Below, piece after piece: positions 13,701 through 24,597 of a stretch of 32,560 nucleotides of DNA. Each line of letters begins with the position of its first letter. Position 1 is the stretch's first letter. The notes beneath the pieces are model-generated. The model searched no databases. It was not told where the DNA came from and was given only the letters and a program-made list of their open reading frames with translations. The position numbers were made by a program, and so were the translations under genes. The DNA is from Octopus sinensis (Eukaryota): assembly GCF_006345805.1 (NCBI RefSeq), contig NW_021832794.1, forward strand, positions 1 through 32,560, written 5' to 3'.

Positions 13701-14914
13701 CTGTTAATGATTGTGATCGTGATTTCCTTATTTGCTACAACAACGTTTATGATATTGATGATGATGACAGTAATAATAATAATCGATAAGAATAACAAGT
13801 AAACAAGCTTACAGATGAAAATGTTTCCCGTCTTATTTTTAGAATAACGCATTTATTTATTCAGATATTGTTTATTATATATATATGTGATGGAAATGTT
13901 ATTCCAATTGAGCTGAAAATAATTGTAAAATCTATTTGCCATGTGACGCATTAGTGATAAGTTTAAACCGAGCTAAAAGAAAAGCGAGTGGGGGAAAGAT
14001 ATTAATTTTTTCAGTTAATGAATCTAAAAGCTTCAGAAATCATGCCACACAATCAAATTATCTCCCCCTGTTTGTGAGATTTCACTGAAGGAGCGCTGTA
14101 CGTTAAACTGCTGTTTAGTCAGTCGCAACGAATTGTGCGACTTCATTTCTTGAAAATAATTATTCAAATCTATGTATAATTGCTGTTTCATTAATTTTTT
14201 TTTCTCTTAAATGAAATTGTTCAGGGTTCATTTACAAAATTCATTACGTATTAATGGGAATTTATATTATTTTTATTTAGTACTATCATTGATTGTCAAT
14301 TAAATTTATATAAAATATTTTCTTGAAATTTCAATGTTTAAAGTCTATATTTTTTAACATTATTTTTCTCCTGAACCCCATTTCGAAACAATAAAAATTC
14401 TATGGTGATTAGGGAATGGTAATTTGGAGCCAAAGATGATTGCTTTGAAATCTACCGTAGCAATTTTATTTTATCCTTTAAGATATGCCATACTACTTTA
14501 CCTATTAAATCATGCAGTTGAGTATGATTTATTAGAAAATGCTGCAAAATTTAAATACAGTAGGGTCTTGCATATGTAATGTAGAATCACTTATATCAGT
14601 TGAAATTTTTGAGGCCAAAACCTCTTTCTATGATGTTTAAAGTCTAAAAGCAACAAGCAAAGGAAATCAGTTATTAAAATTTTTCAACAATACAAGAATA
14701 CAGATTGGAATGGATCTGATCTTCAAAGTCAAATGGTGGCTACAGTGAACATGTTTTGGTCTTATAGAACCGCTTAAGCAATGGAAAAAAGTAACAGTGA
14801 TCAGTATATATAGAAACAAAGGCAATGTTGTGATAGTGATTATGAATATCAACAATATTGCTGAGAGAAAACTCGTGGAAGTGTTTAGCATTACATACAC
14901 ACATGGAAGAATTT

Positions 14915-15385
14915 GGCACCTGGTGTGGCTGTGTGGTAAGAAGTTTGCTTCCCAAACACGTGGTTCCTAGTTCAATCCCCCTGTGTGGCAGTCTGAGCAA
15001 GTGTCCCCTACTATGGCCTTGGGCTGACCAAAATTTTGTGTGTGGATTTGGTAGATGGAAACTGAAAGAAGTTTGATGTGTATATATATATAGATATATA
15101 AAGTGATATGATATATATGTAAAAAATGTAATATATAAATAAATATCTGTAAATATAAACCATCCGATCTTCTGATTACCTCATTTCTTCTAATATATAA
15201 TACCTGTACATCATCTCCAAACCTACCAATATATATATAGATATATATGTGTGTGTGTGTCTGTGTTTGTCCCCCTCAGCCACCATCACTGCTTGACAAC
15301 CAGTGTTGGTGTCTTTACGTACCTGTAACTTAATGGTTCAGCAAAAGAGACTGATAGAATAAGCTTAAAAATAGCTTACAAGGGA
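14915..15385 (+). mobile_element. tRNA-headed SINE 'family A' (older copy, ~130 nt extra in the central microsatellite)
   Basis: A-box-like tggctgtgtgg, B-box-like agttcaatcc, body gcaagtgtc..ctactatggcc, central (TA)/(TG), 3' half gcttgacaacc...gatagaataag. Confidence 0.85.
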
Positions 15386-15514
15386 AAATAACCTTAATAA
15401 GATCAGTTGATCGAAGTTTTTGTACAACATAAACAGTTTAGACTGATGTGGATGTGCTCTTTAAATCCACATGGTGAAAGCAATGGGCATGTTTTGCTAT
15501 TATTAAACCTCTTT

Positions 15515-15735
15515 AAGGTGGTGAGCTGGCGGAATTGTTAGCATGCTGAACAAAATGCTTAATGACATTTCATCCATCTTTACATTCTGAGTTCAAATTC
15601 CACCAAGGTTGACTTTGCTTTCATCCTTTCAGGGTTGATAGAATAAGTACCAGTAAATTAGCAGTTCAGCAAAAGAGACTGATAGAATAAGTACCAGGCA
15701 TTAGAAAAAAATAAGTACTGGACTAAACATTCTTC
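15515..15735 (+). mobile_element. Family E SINE joined to a family-A-type 3' module
   Basis: ggtggtgagctggcggaattgttagc...gagttcaaattcc...gatagaataagtaccag, followed by gcagttcagcaaaagagactgatagaataagtaccagg. Confidence 0.8.
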
Positions 15736-16701
15736 ACTGCTTCAAGTGGTTCATATGCAGCAACACAAGGTATGATCATGATCTACATCATATGGAAAAA
15801 CTCATCCACCTCTACCAACCAGGTGGATTTTTACCCTCTATTGCAGCTTGTCAAGAATATCATCTGAAAAGTAGAAGTTGACTTTGAGCATTGTACGACC
15901 TGAAAACTCTCCTGTTTCCAAATTGCAGCTAATCCTTTTGACCCTTTGCTGAGAAAATCTCTACCAACTACAAAAAATTCTTGTCCACTACTCCCCAACT
16001 AAGATGTCTTTGTAAGCAGTACTCTTTTGTAAAAAAAACTTCTACATTTGCAGCTTGCTTTGTTTCCAGTTACATGATGCACACATTCAACAAAATATTT
16101 AACATCAGCACTAGAATGATTGTTTTGTCCTCAACAAAACTAAAAGGTCCTCGTGGCGCTACATTATCTCCTCTTTGCCATTCTCTTCACAGAGTGCACT
16201 GGATGCATTTTATTAAAGCACCAGAACTAATGATAATGCTTGTGCCTCATAAGGCTAAAGAGTCTACTCTCTCTATCATATATGCGTTTGCTCAAGACAA
16301 TGTGACTGAGAAACTGAATCAAGGATAGAGCTATGACAGAAAAATGTGGGTAGTTGAATGGAGCAAGAATTTTATGGTAGACATAGAGTGAATAGTGTGA
16401 AAGGGTGATAGAGGAAGAGAGAGAGAGGTGGAGTGTTGTTGGTCTAAGAGATGGACAATGGTAAGAGTGATGAATATTAAAATGTTTACTTTAATTCCAT
16501 TTGATCTGTCTGAACACTATTCAGATATCTGTTGAAACCCCAACATACATGGAAGTTAGAGTATTAAGATGATGTGGGTTGTGATATCTTTATCCTCACA
16601 CAACCTTTTTTTTTTCTCTCTGAATCTCTCACTCTCCTTCTTGCTCTCATACAAACACATACATGTATGCACACTGAAGCAACACTTCTGAACCAATATA
16701 A

Positions 16702-17084
16702 TCTCTCTATATATATATAAAGCTGAAGTTGTCTGTGTATGGCAGGTTTGGTAGCCTTCAACTAACACTATCACCTTTGAGACCCTGCAGCGCAAGTTGA
16801 CCAAAATTGAGAATATGATAAGAAGGCTTGCTCTTCCTTCCGTAGAAGATAAAATTCAAATCGGACCCTGTTAACACCAAAAATTATTTACATTAAAAAG
16901 GTGCTTTTTTTCTATGAAAATCCCTATTTTTTGACTGTGTGTCGCCATTTTTCGGTGTATTTCAATCAGAAAAATGTTCACTTAAAGAGAATAACAAGCT
17001 ACATAATGCAAAATTTTTACTTTTCAAAAATTCCAATTCTAAAGGGTTGAAACAAACCCGAGCAATGCCGGGCGATACTGCTAG
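16702..17084 (+). mobile_element. Non-autonomous Helitron (383 bp)
   Basis: 5' A|TC (tctctctatatatatataaag), 3' CTAG|T, and a subterminal GC hairpin cccg-agcaatgc-cggg (17057-17072) 8 nt before CTAG. Inserted between A and T with no TSD, which are canonical Helitron hallmarks. Confidence 0.85.
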
Positions 17085-17701
17085 TATATTCTAGAGCAAT
17101 AGTTTGATTGTTTTTGGTATTTCTGGCCTTTTACTTAGTATTTCATTTGCAGTGATTCACACACTCCTTTTATAAATAGCTGTTGTCAAGATTAATATCT
17201 TTAAAGCATTTGTTTATTTATTCTGACATAATTCAGATTATCAGCTAATCTAAAAAGCGCTAAGGTAGGGTTAATTGTACTTGTGTAATTTGAAAGAAAT
17301 ATATATTTCCTGTTGAAAATACCTATAATTTTGACCTATACATTGCATAAGAAAGAAAATGAAGGCAACCTGAAAAAATTGGTTAATAAAATAATCATTC
17401 AGCCTGCTCTTATTTGGTAACAACAATACTACAATGAATAATTACTAATGATTTCCATTGTCCAGCCAATGTTCATGCTGTGACCATGCTATTTTCTTTT
17501 CTGTGAAAGTAGGAGGGTGGTCGCTGGGCTAGGAACCAGTCACTAGAACCACTGAGTAAAACACTCATGTGAGAAAAACTAGAAATACTACTGAAACAGT
17601 AAAAAAAGAAAAAAAATGTCAACAATACCCAGCATGAAGAGGAAAGCTTACTCTAAGTTATGACAGAATTGGGGCAAAGCTAAGAGGTTGCCCAGCACCT
17701 G

Positions 17702-17820
17702 ATGAAAAGTTCAGGTCTGAGCACTAAACCAAAAACTCAAATTACTACCTGGAACATTTGAACTCTGTACAAGTGTGGAACATTTCCTCGGCTTCTTTGT
17801 GAATTTGACCGCTACTGTTG
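17702..17820 (+). pseudogene. Decayed RTE-clade LINE, N-terminus of AP endonuclease
   Basis: Translates MKSSGLSTKPKTQITTWNI*TLYKCGTFPRLLCEFDRY, matching the TWNVRTL...EFDRY start of RTE endonucleases. The stop is TGA at the expected Arg codon (likely CGA decay). Confidence 0.7.
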
Positions 17821-17956
17821 TGGAACCCACAAGAAGACCTGCCGTTCATCAGATGTGAGTATTGAGAATGAATTCAAATATGTTTGCATCAGCTTGCATC
17901 TCACAGTCTGAACAGGTGGTGCTGCAAGCTGGTTTTAGGTGTATTTACACCATTTG

Positions 17957-18161
17957 TCTTCTTTTACTTGTTTCAGTCATTTGACTGCAGCCATGCTGGA
18001 GCACCGCCTTTAGTCGAGCAAATCAACCCCAGGACTTATTCTTTGTGAGCCTAGTACTTATTCTATTGGTCTCTTTTGCCAAATCACTAAGTTACGGGGA
18101 CATAAACACACCAGCATCGGTTGTCAAGCGATGTTGGGGGGACAAACACAGACACACAAAC

Positions 18162-18194
<33 letters not shown>

Positions 18195-18366
18195 ACATAT
18201 ATACAACAGGCTTCTTTCAGTTTCTGTCTACCAAATCCACTCACAAGGCTTTGGTCAGCCTCAGGCTATAGTAGAAGACACTTGCCCAAGGTGCCACACA
18301 GAGGGACTGAACCCGGAATCATGTGGCTGGTAAGCAAGCTACTTACCACACAGCCACTCCTGCGCT
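17957..18366 (-). mobile_element. Family A SINE, full length, inserted in the RTE remnant
   Basis: Reverse complement reads agcgcaggagtggctgtgtggtaagtagc...ccgggttcagtccc...(TA)n...gactgaaacaagtaaaag. Confidence 0.95.
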
Positions 18367-18449
18367 AGCTAAATGAGAATTGTTTTCTATAACAAAACAG
18401 TGAATGGCTTTCTTGCAGATTCGAATATGCCCCAAGCATATTTGAACTG

Positions 18450-18885
18450 GTAATAACCTTGTACAAGAAAGAGGTTAGGCAGAGCTGTGTATTATCCTCT
18501 AGCTTAATTAATCTATACATTGACAAAAACTTCAGAAAAATATAAAACTTTTAGGAGTGTTGCTAAAGATATGAATATAAACAATTTAAGATATGCTCAT
18601 CTTAGCACCCTATTACTTTCAACTATGATGATCTACAGAACTTTGGAATTAAGGGACAAAGGAATGGTCTATGGAATGAAAATGAATGTAAAGAAAGCAA
18701 AATCAATGGTAATCAGTAAGAAACAACAATTACCAAAAATATACAGTACTAGTAAGGGAAGTCAATTGAATAGACACAAAAGATGATAGACTTGGGTATG
18801 TACAATCAGAAAATGAGAAATGCAAAATAGAAATCAACAGAAATATTGATAACTAAAAAAATCACTTGATGAAATATCAAACACA
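18450..18885 (+). pseudogene. Decayed RTE-clade LINE reverse transcriptase fragment
   Basis: KKEVRQSCVLSSSLINLYID (cf. RGVRQGCVLSP.LFNLY), MNINNLRYAH (degenerate YADD), GMKMNVKKAKSMVISKK. Frameshifts and stops are present. Confidence 0.85.
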
Positions 18886-19243
18886 GTGTGATCATTGCCA
18901 GAGCAGCTAACTGGCTTCTATGCTGGTGGCATGTAAAAGGCACAATTCGAGTGTGATCATTACCAGCATTGCCTTTCTGGCACCTGTGCCGGTGGCATGT
19001 GTAAAAAGATTCGAGCAATGTTGTTGCCAGTACCGCCTGACTGGCCCCCATGCCGGTGGCACGTAAAAGCACCCACTACACTCTCGGAGTGGTTGGCTTT
19101 AGGAAGGGCATTCAGTTGTAGAAACTCTGCCAGATCAAGATTGTAGCCTGGTGCAGCCATCTGGTTCGCCAGCCCTCAGTCAAATCGTCCAACCCATGCT
19201 AGCATGGAAAGCAGACGTTAAAGGATGATGATGATGATGATGA
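18886..19243 (+). mobile_element. Family B SINE with three ~65-nt tandem units, central domain and (GAT)n tail
   Basis: Units at 18886-18950, 18951-19014 and 19015-19080, then ggagtggttggctttaggaagggcattcagttgtagaaactctgcc (recalls the MetaSINE central domain, from memory), then gacgttaaaggatgatgatg. Confidence 0.9.
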
Positions 19244-19500
19244 CAGGCATCAAAAAATGCTAATATGAAACCAGAAAAAGATTATGGAAGTGATATGCAT
19301 GGGGCTTACTCTGTTCTATTGAGCTGAAATGTGGTCATTAACAAAAATATTATCAAATAGATTACAAGCTTTTGAGATATGGGCCAATGAATGACTGTTG
19401 AGAATATCATGAACAGAGCATGAAACTGATGAAGAAATTAAGAGGAATGCAAAAAGATAAAGGACTAAGAATGGCAAAAAAACGAGGAAATTTTTTTAGA
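19244..19500 (+). pseudogene. Decayed RTE-clade LINE, region C-terminal to RT
   Basis: From 19323: AEMWSLTKILSNRLQAFEIWANE*LLRIS*TEHETDEEI, cf. RTE AETWTLTK...LEAFEMW.YRR.LRISWTEH.TNEEV. Confidence 0.85.
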
Positions 19501-19914
19501 GGCCATCAAAGATAAAAGTTATTTTGGATTCAATTTAAAATATCAAAAATTAGAAAGCCTTATTATACAGTGAATGAATAAGGCTAGTGCTAGAAGGATT
19601 GAAATGAGCAGCTATGAAAGGAGATGACACCTGATGACGGTGATGATGATGAAGATGATGATAGTGGTGCTGGTGGTGGTGGTTTTGGTAGTGGAGGTGA
19701 AAAAAAATCACAATGAATGTAAACAAAATGTAAAAAAGAAGGAAAAACAAGTTGATTATGAAAGTGATATGCATGGGACCCACTCTGTTCTACTCCTGAA
19801 GGTGCTCGAAAAATAAGGGGCATTACCTTAGTTCACTGGTAGTGAACAGGTGACACCATAGTACATCTCTAGCATTAGAAGCTGTGCAAAGACAATAATA
19901 ATAATAATAATAAT

Positions 19915-20108
19915 GGTTTCAAGTTTTGCCACAAAGGCAACCATTTTTGATGGTAGGGGATAACTTGATTACATCACCCCAGTGTTTCACTGGTACTTAA
20001 TTTATCAACCCTGTAAAGATGAAAGGCAAAGTTGACCTTGGTGGAATTTGAACTCAGAACGTAGCGGACGAAATACTGCTAAGCATTTCATCCAGTGTCC
20101 TAACAATG
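19915..20108 (-). mobile_element. Family E SINE, flanked by (AAT)n on both sides
   Basis: actggtacttaatttatcaaccctgtaaagatgaaaggcaaagttgaccttggtggaatttgaactcagaacg. Confidence 0.85.
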
Positions 20109-20132
20109 GACGAAATAATAATAATAATAAAA

Positions 20133-20725
20133 TGCCCGGATGTAGTACCAGGCAGTGGCTTTCATGGCTTCTTATCTTAACTGATTGGAAGTGTTATCAT
20201 GTGGCTTCTCATCTTAACTGATTGGAAGTGTTATCATGTACATTGCTGTGTCTTGGTATAAAAGATGGGCTTCAGCAAATATTCTGCTCAATGCCATAGA
20301 TTTGCTTGTCAATTGTTTGACTTTAACTAGTTGAGCATGTCTCTAGGTGGCTAATGATATGTGCATCTCTGAGCATGAGCAGAAGTAGTGGGGGAGTATC
20401 ATAGCTATGTGTTGGGAGGAATTTTTTGATGTTTGGATAATTCATGTCTGGAAACAGGGGTGTTTTATTCATCATCCTTAAATAAACCTTATTCAGGGAC
20501 CTTTTGAGTGGGCTGGGTTACTCGACCCGAAGAAAATTCTAACTGGGACCCATCTGCAAGGTTATGCGCTGTTAATCTTGATATGAGATTACCATATCGT
20601 GCACATATGGTTGGTCTGTATGTGCCTGGTGTATCCTTATCAGATGGGTAGTCATGATGAGTATATTGGGTTTCGTATATTTGTACACCAGTGTCACTTA
20701 GATGGCATGTGCTTCTCTCTCACTC
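20133..20725. mobile_element. ~590-bp interspersed element bounded by (AAT)n arrays ('family C'), with a 37-nt internal tandem duplication
   Basis: Non-AT-rich block with sharp (AAT)n borders, no TIRs and no ORF. The duplication is 20165-20201/20202-20238 (1 mismatch). Recognised from memory as a common octopus repeat, with only one copy in this window. Confidence 0.6.
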
Positions 20726-20775
20726 AATAATAATAATAATAATAATTATTATTATTATATATATATATATATATA

Positions 20776-20938
20776 GGCGCAGGAGTGACTGTGTGGTAAG
20801 TAGCTTGCTTACCAACCACATGGTTCACGGTTCAGTCCCACTGCATGGCACCTTGGGCAAGTATCTTCTACTATAGCCTCGGGCCGACCAAAGCCTTGTG
20901 AGTGGATTTGGCAGATGGAAACTGAAAGAAGCCCATCG

Positions 20939-20987
<49 letters not shown>

Positions 20988-21188
20988 CTGTGTTTGTTCT
21001 CCCTAACATCGCTTGACAACCGATTCTGGTGTGTTTACGTTCCTGTAACTTAATGGTTCGGCAAAAGAGACCGATAGAATAAGTACTAGGCTTACAAAAA
21101 ATAAGTCATGGGGTCGATTTGCTCAACTAAAGGCAGTTCCCCAGCATGGCCACAGTCAAATGACTGAAACAAGTAAAAGAGTAAAGAG
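20776..21188 (+). mobile_element. Family A SINE, full length
   Basis: ggcgcaggagtgactgtgtggtaagtagc...ggttcagtccc...(TA)n(TG)n...gactgaaacaagtaaaagag. Confidence 0.95.
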
Positions 21189-21192
21189 TGAG

Positions 21193-21224
<32 letters not shown>

Positions 21225-21387
21225 TGATGGGGTTTTTTCAGTTTCTGTCATTCAAATTCACGTACAAGGCTTTGGTCAGTCTGGCACCATAGTAGAAGAC
21301 ACTTGTTCACAATGCCATGCAGTGTAACTGAATCTGGAACCATGTGGTGAGGAAGCAAACTGCTTACCACACAGTCATGCTCCCGCC
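21225..21387 (-). mobile_element. Family A SINE 5' half (older)
   Basis: tttcagtttctgtc...aaggctttggtcag...tagtagaagacacttg...gcttaccacacagtcatgctcccgcc. Confidence 0.85.
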
Positions 21388-22107
21388 AATATTATGACAC
21401 TGATTTGCCAACATTATTTCCAATAAGGCATATTCAACAATCTAAGTAAACAAACAAAACAAGTCAAATTGAAAATACAAAAAATTCTACTTTATCTGAA
21501 ACCATTGCTTACCTAACTCAGATCATACGAGCCAAATAGCATTTAATAGATTTGTATATATGTAATATATCTGCCTACTTAATTCGTAAATGTGTTAATT
21601 GACAGTAATATATACACATGCTTTCAAATATAAATACATTCACACATGCATATAAACATACCCTCAAATGTACATGTATACCTCATACATATGCTAGGTC
21701 AAGAATCCAGCTGTATTCATAGAGGCTCATATTTGTTTAGTTTTCTGGCTTAGGGAATACATTTACAAGGCATTTTGGTAAATGACCCTAGAGATTAAGT
21801 TCAGTACCATTTCGTTTTAATGGATTTGAATTTGCAATGTTGTTATTTTGTATCTAAAGAGGACATCATTTTGGCAGAATCATACAAACAACAGATAAAA
21901 TGACTTGTGGCATTTGTTTCAGAGCTCTATGCTTAAAGTTCAAATCTCGCCAAGGTTAGCATTAATTTTCATCCTTCTGCAGTTGATTAATTATGATTTC
22001 TACAGACAAAGAGGATGAAGACCATGGTTTTCTTACTTTTCTTTTCTTTCTTCTTCCACTTTCTGCATCAATTATCTTCACTTATTTTGTTATTGATTTT
22101 TTTCTTA

Positions 22108-22381
22108 GCATGATCGTTACCAGCGTCGCCTTACTGGCATGTGAACAAAACATTCGAGCGAGGTTGTTGCCAGTGCCTTTGGACTGACTCCTGTGCTGGT
22201 GGCACGTAAAAGTACCCACTACACTCTTGGAATGGTTGGTGTTAGGAAGGGCATCCAGCTGTAGAAACTGTGCCAGATAAGATTGGAGCCTGGCACAATC
22301 ATCTGGTTCACCAGTCCTCAGTCAAATCATCCAAGCCAGGCTTACATGGAAAGCGGACATTAAAGGATGATGATGATGATG
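22108..22381 (+). mobile_element. Family B SINE (5'-truncated) with (GAT)n tail
   Basis: Two tandem units (the first shortened by a deletion between tggc repeats), then ggttggtgttaggaagggcatccagctgtagaaac, ending ggatgatgatgatg. Confidence 0.9.
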
Positions 22382-22543
22382 TTTCCTCACAGACCAGCAT
22401 CCTGGTATTTAAATACATCTAATGATATGTACTGCACCTGAAAGATTCCTTAGAGATACATGGCATGTTATATAAATCTGCAGAATTATTGTATCTCTAA
22501 GGCATGAAACTATTAATAGCTTTTTTGTAAATTGTATGTATAA

Positions 22544-22930
22544 GCTGCAGGAGTTGCTTACCAACCACATGGTTCTGGGTTCAGTCCCACTGCGTGGCAC
22601 CTTCGGCAAATGTCTTCTACTATAGCCTTGGGCCAACCAAAGCCTTGTGAGTGGATTTGGTAGATGGAAACTGAAAGAAACCCATTGTATATATATGTAT
22701 ATATGTGTGTGTATGTTTGTGTATCTGTGTTTGTCCCCCCAACATTGCTTGACAACCGATGTTGGTGTATTTACGTCCCCATAACTTAGCGGTTCGGCAA
22801 AAGTGACTGATAGAATAGGTACTAGGCTTACAAATACTAAGACCTGAGGTCAATTTCCTCGACTAAAGGTGGTGCTCCAGCATGGCCGCAGTTAAATGAC
22901 TGAAAAATGTAAAAGAATAAAAGAGCAAGA
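22544..22930 (+). mobile_element. Family A SINE with 19-nt deletion removing the A box
   Basis: gcaggagt|tgcttaccaacc versus gcaggagt-ggctgtgtggtaagtagct-tgcttaccaac(c) in other copies. The rest of the element is complete. Confidence 0.9.
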
Positions 22931-22936
22931 GAGAAT

Positions 22937-23166
22937 TTCTTGCTGAATACTCTGCACAGATGATTTGTCTGTAGTGATCAAATGCTTGTGCTGCACACTA
23001 GCTCACCCCTTCCATCAAATTGACATTGCCTGTACTAGTGCCCAGTGTGCTACACATCAGAGCATTGGACTGTTTACAGATCAACTTGAAATGATATCTG
23101 GGAACTGAATCCACAATCTCATGATTGTAAGTGCAACACCCTAACAACTAAGCCATGCACCCTCAC
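22937..23166 (-). mobile_element. tRNA-headed SINE 'family D', internally deleted
   Basis: Reverse complement gtgagggtgcatggcttagttgttaggg...gatttgatggaaggggtgagctagtgtgcagcacaagcattt is colinear with 29848-30150. Confidence 0.8.
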
Positions 23167-23514
23167 TAAATACCTACAAACATATATATATACATACTTA
23201 CACTAATGTATATATTAGCATGTTTCTCATTCAGAATGGTCTTCAGAGATCTTCTATGGGAATATCTAGTCTAAACTGAACACTTATGTTCTACAGCTTA
23301 GTAGTAAAGAGCCAGTGTTGTTATTCTTAGTGTTTGAGGACTTGCAGCCTATTGGGAAATTGGAAGTTGTTAGTTTTTATAGAATATTATTCTGTATGCT
23401 TACTTATCAATGTTCAAGTAGGTTGTATATATGCAAATTGGTGTAGAAATGAAAATATTGACACAAGTATATATTGAAATACAACTATTCTTACATGAAA
23501 GTTTTCTCTCTCTC

Positions 23515-23670
23515 CCTCCACCTCTATTTATCTATCTATCTATCTATCTACCTACCTATATACCTACCTGCTATGTATGTATGTATGTATGTATGTATGT
23601 ACCTACCTACCTACCTATGTATCTATCTATCTATTTATCTATCTATCCATCTATTTATCTATCTATCTAT
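23515..23670. repeat. Compound (TCTA)n/(CCTA)n/(TATG)n microsatellite
   Basis: Direct inspection. Confidence 0.9.
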
Positions 23671-24205
23671 CTATCTATCAACCTACCTTTTACTCATAAT
23701 ATCATACCACATTGTTAAAATTCATTGCAATTCTTCAAGGTAAAATTTATGTGATATATTAAAAAAGAAATAAACATTTGAACTTTTTGAAATATTTGAA
23801 AATTCTCAAACAGAAATTTAGTGATCAAAAGCAGTCTGCAGAAAACCAGACATGGTAATAGTTACTCTAATCTATAATCTTTCAGAAATTGATATAGTTC
23901 AATTGAAAAAGAATTTGATTTGAGAGTTACAAGAGAAAGTCGAATTTTTGTTGACATCAAGTTTTGCTCTATGGACATGTCATTTTTTTTTTTTTTACCA
24001 AATTGTTATAATGCTCTAAGAATACCTTACTTCAAAACTGATTGTTTAGAGCAGTGGTTCTCAACCTTTTTTTGCCTATGGACCCCTTTAATTCCTATTT
24101 TACTCAGTGGGTGGGGGACCCTCATTACCATTCAATGTCTAAAAAAACTCCTGTGATATTTTTAGGATTAAATATTATTAAGAATCGTATAACGAAAATG
24201 TTTAA

Positions 24206-24425
24206 CCCCTTCATTACTGTATTTATTTTGAGATGCTCCGTGTTTCTTTTAATTTCTTTAAATATAACAAAGAATTTAGTAAAATAACTTGGTTATCATT
24301 CAGCTAGTGTTAGGAGCATAAATTGTGACTAAGGTTTGGTGAAAGATTTTAATTCAAAACTTATGAAAACAAGACATTTGTACTCAGAGCCAGAGCTGGT
24401 TTCAGTCAGGTAGGTAATGAATAGG
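24206..24425. mobile_element. Nested piggyBac-like MITE (~220 bp)
   Basis: TTAA at 24202-24205 and TTGA at 24426-24429 flank imperfect TIRs CCCCTTCATTAC / GTAATGAATAGG. Confidence 0.65.
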
Positions 24426-24474
24426 TTGAATATTTTGTGTATTGTAGAAACATAACTGCCAGTCTGTCTACCTG

Positions 24475-24597
<123 letters not shown>

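Noticed and set aside
15981-16328. 115-aa ORF with non-ATG start
   Set aside because: No recognisable domain, splice signals or codon pattern.
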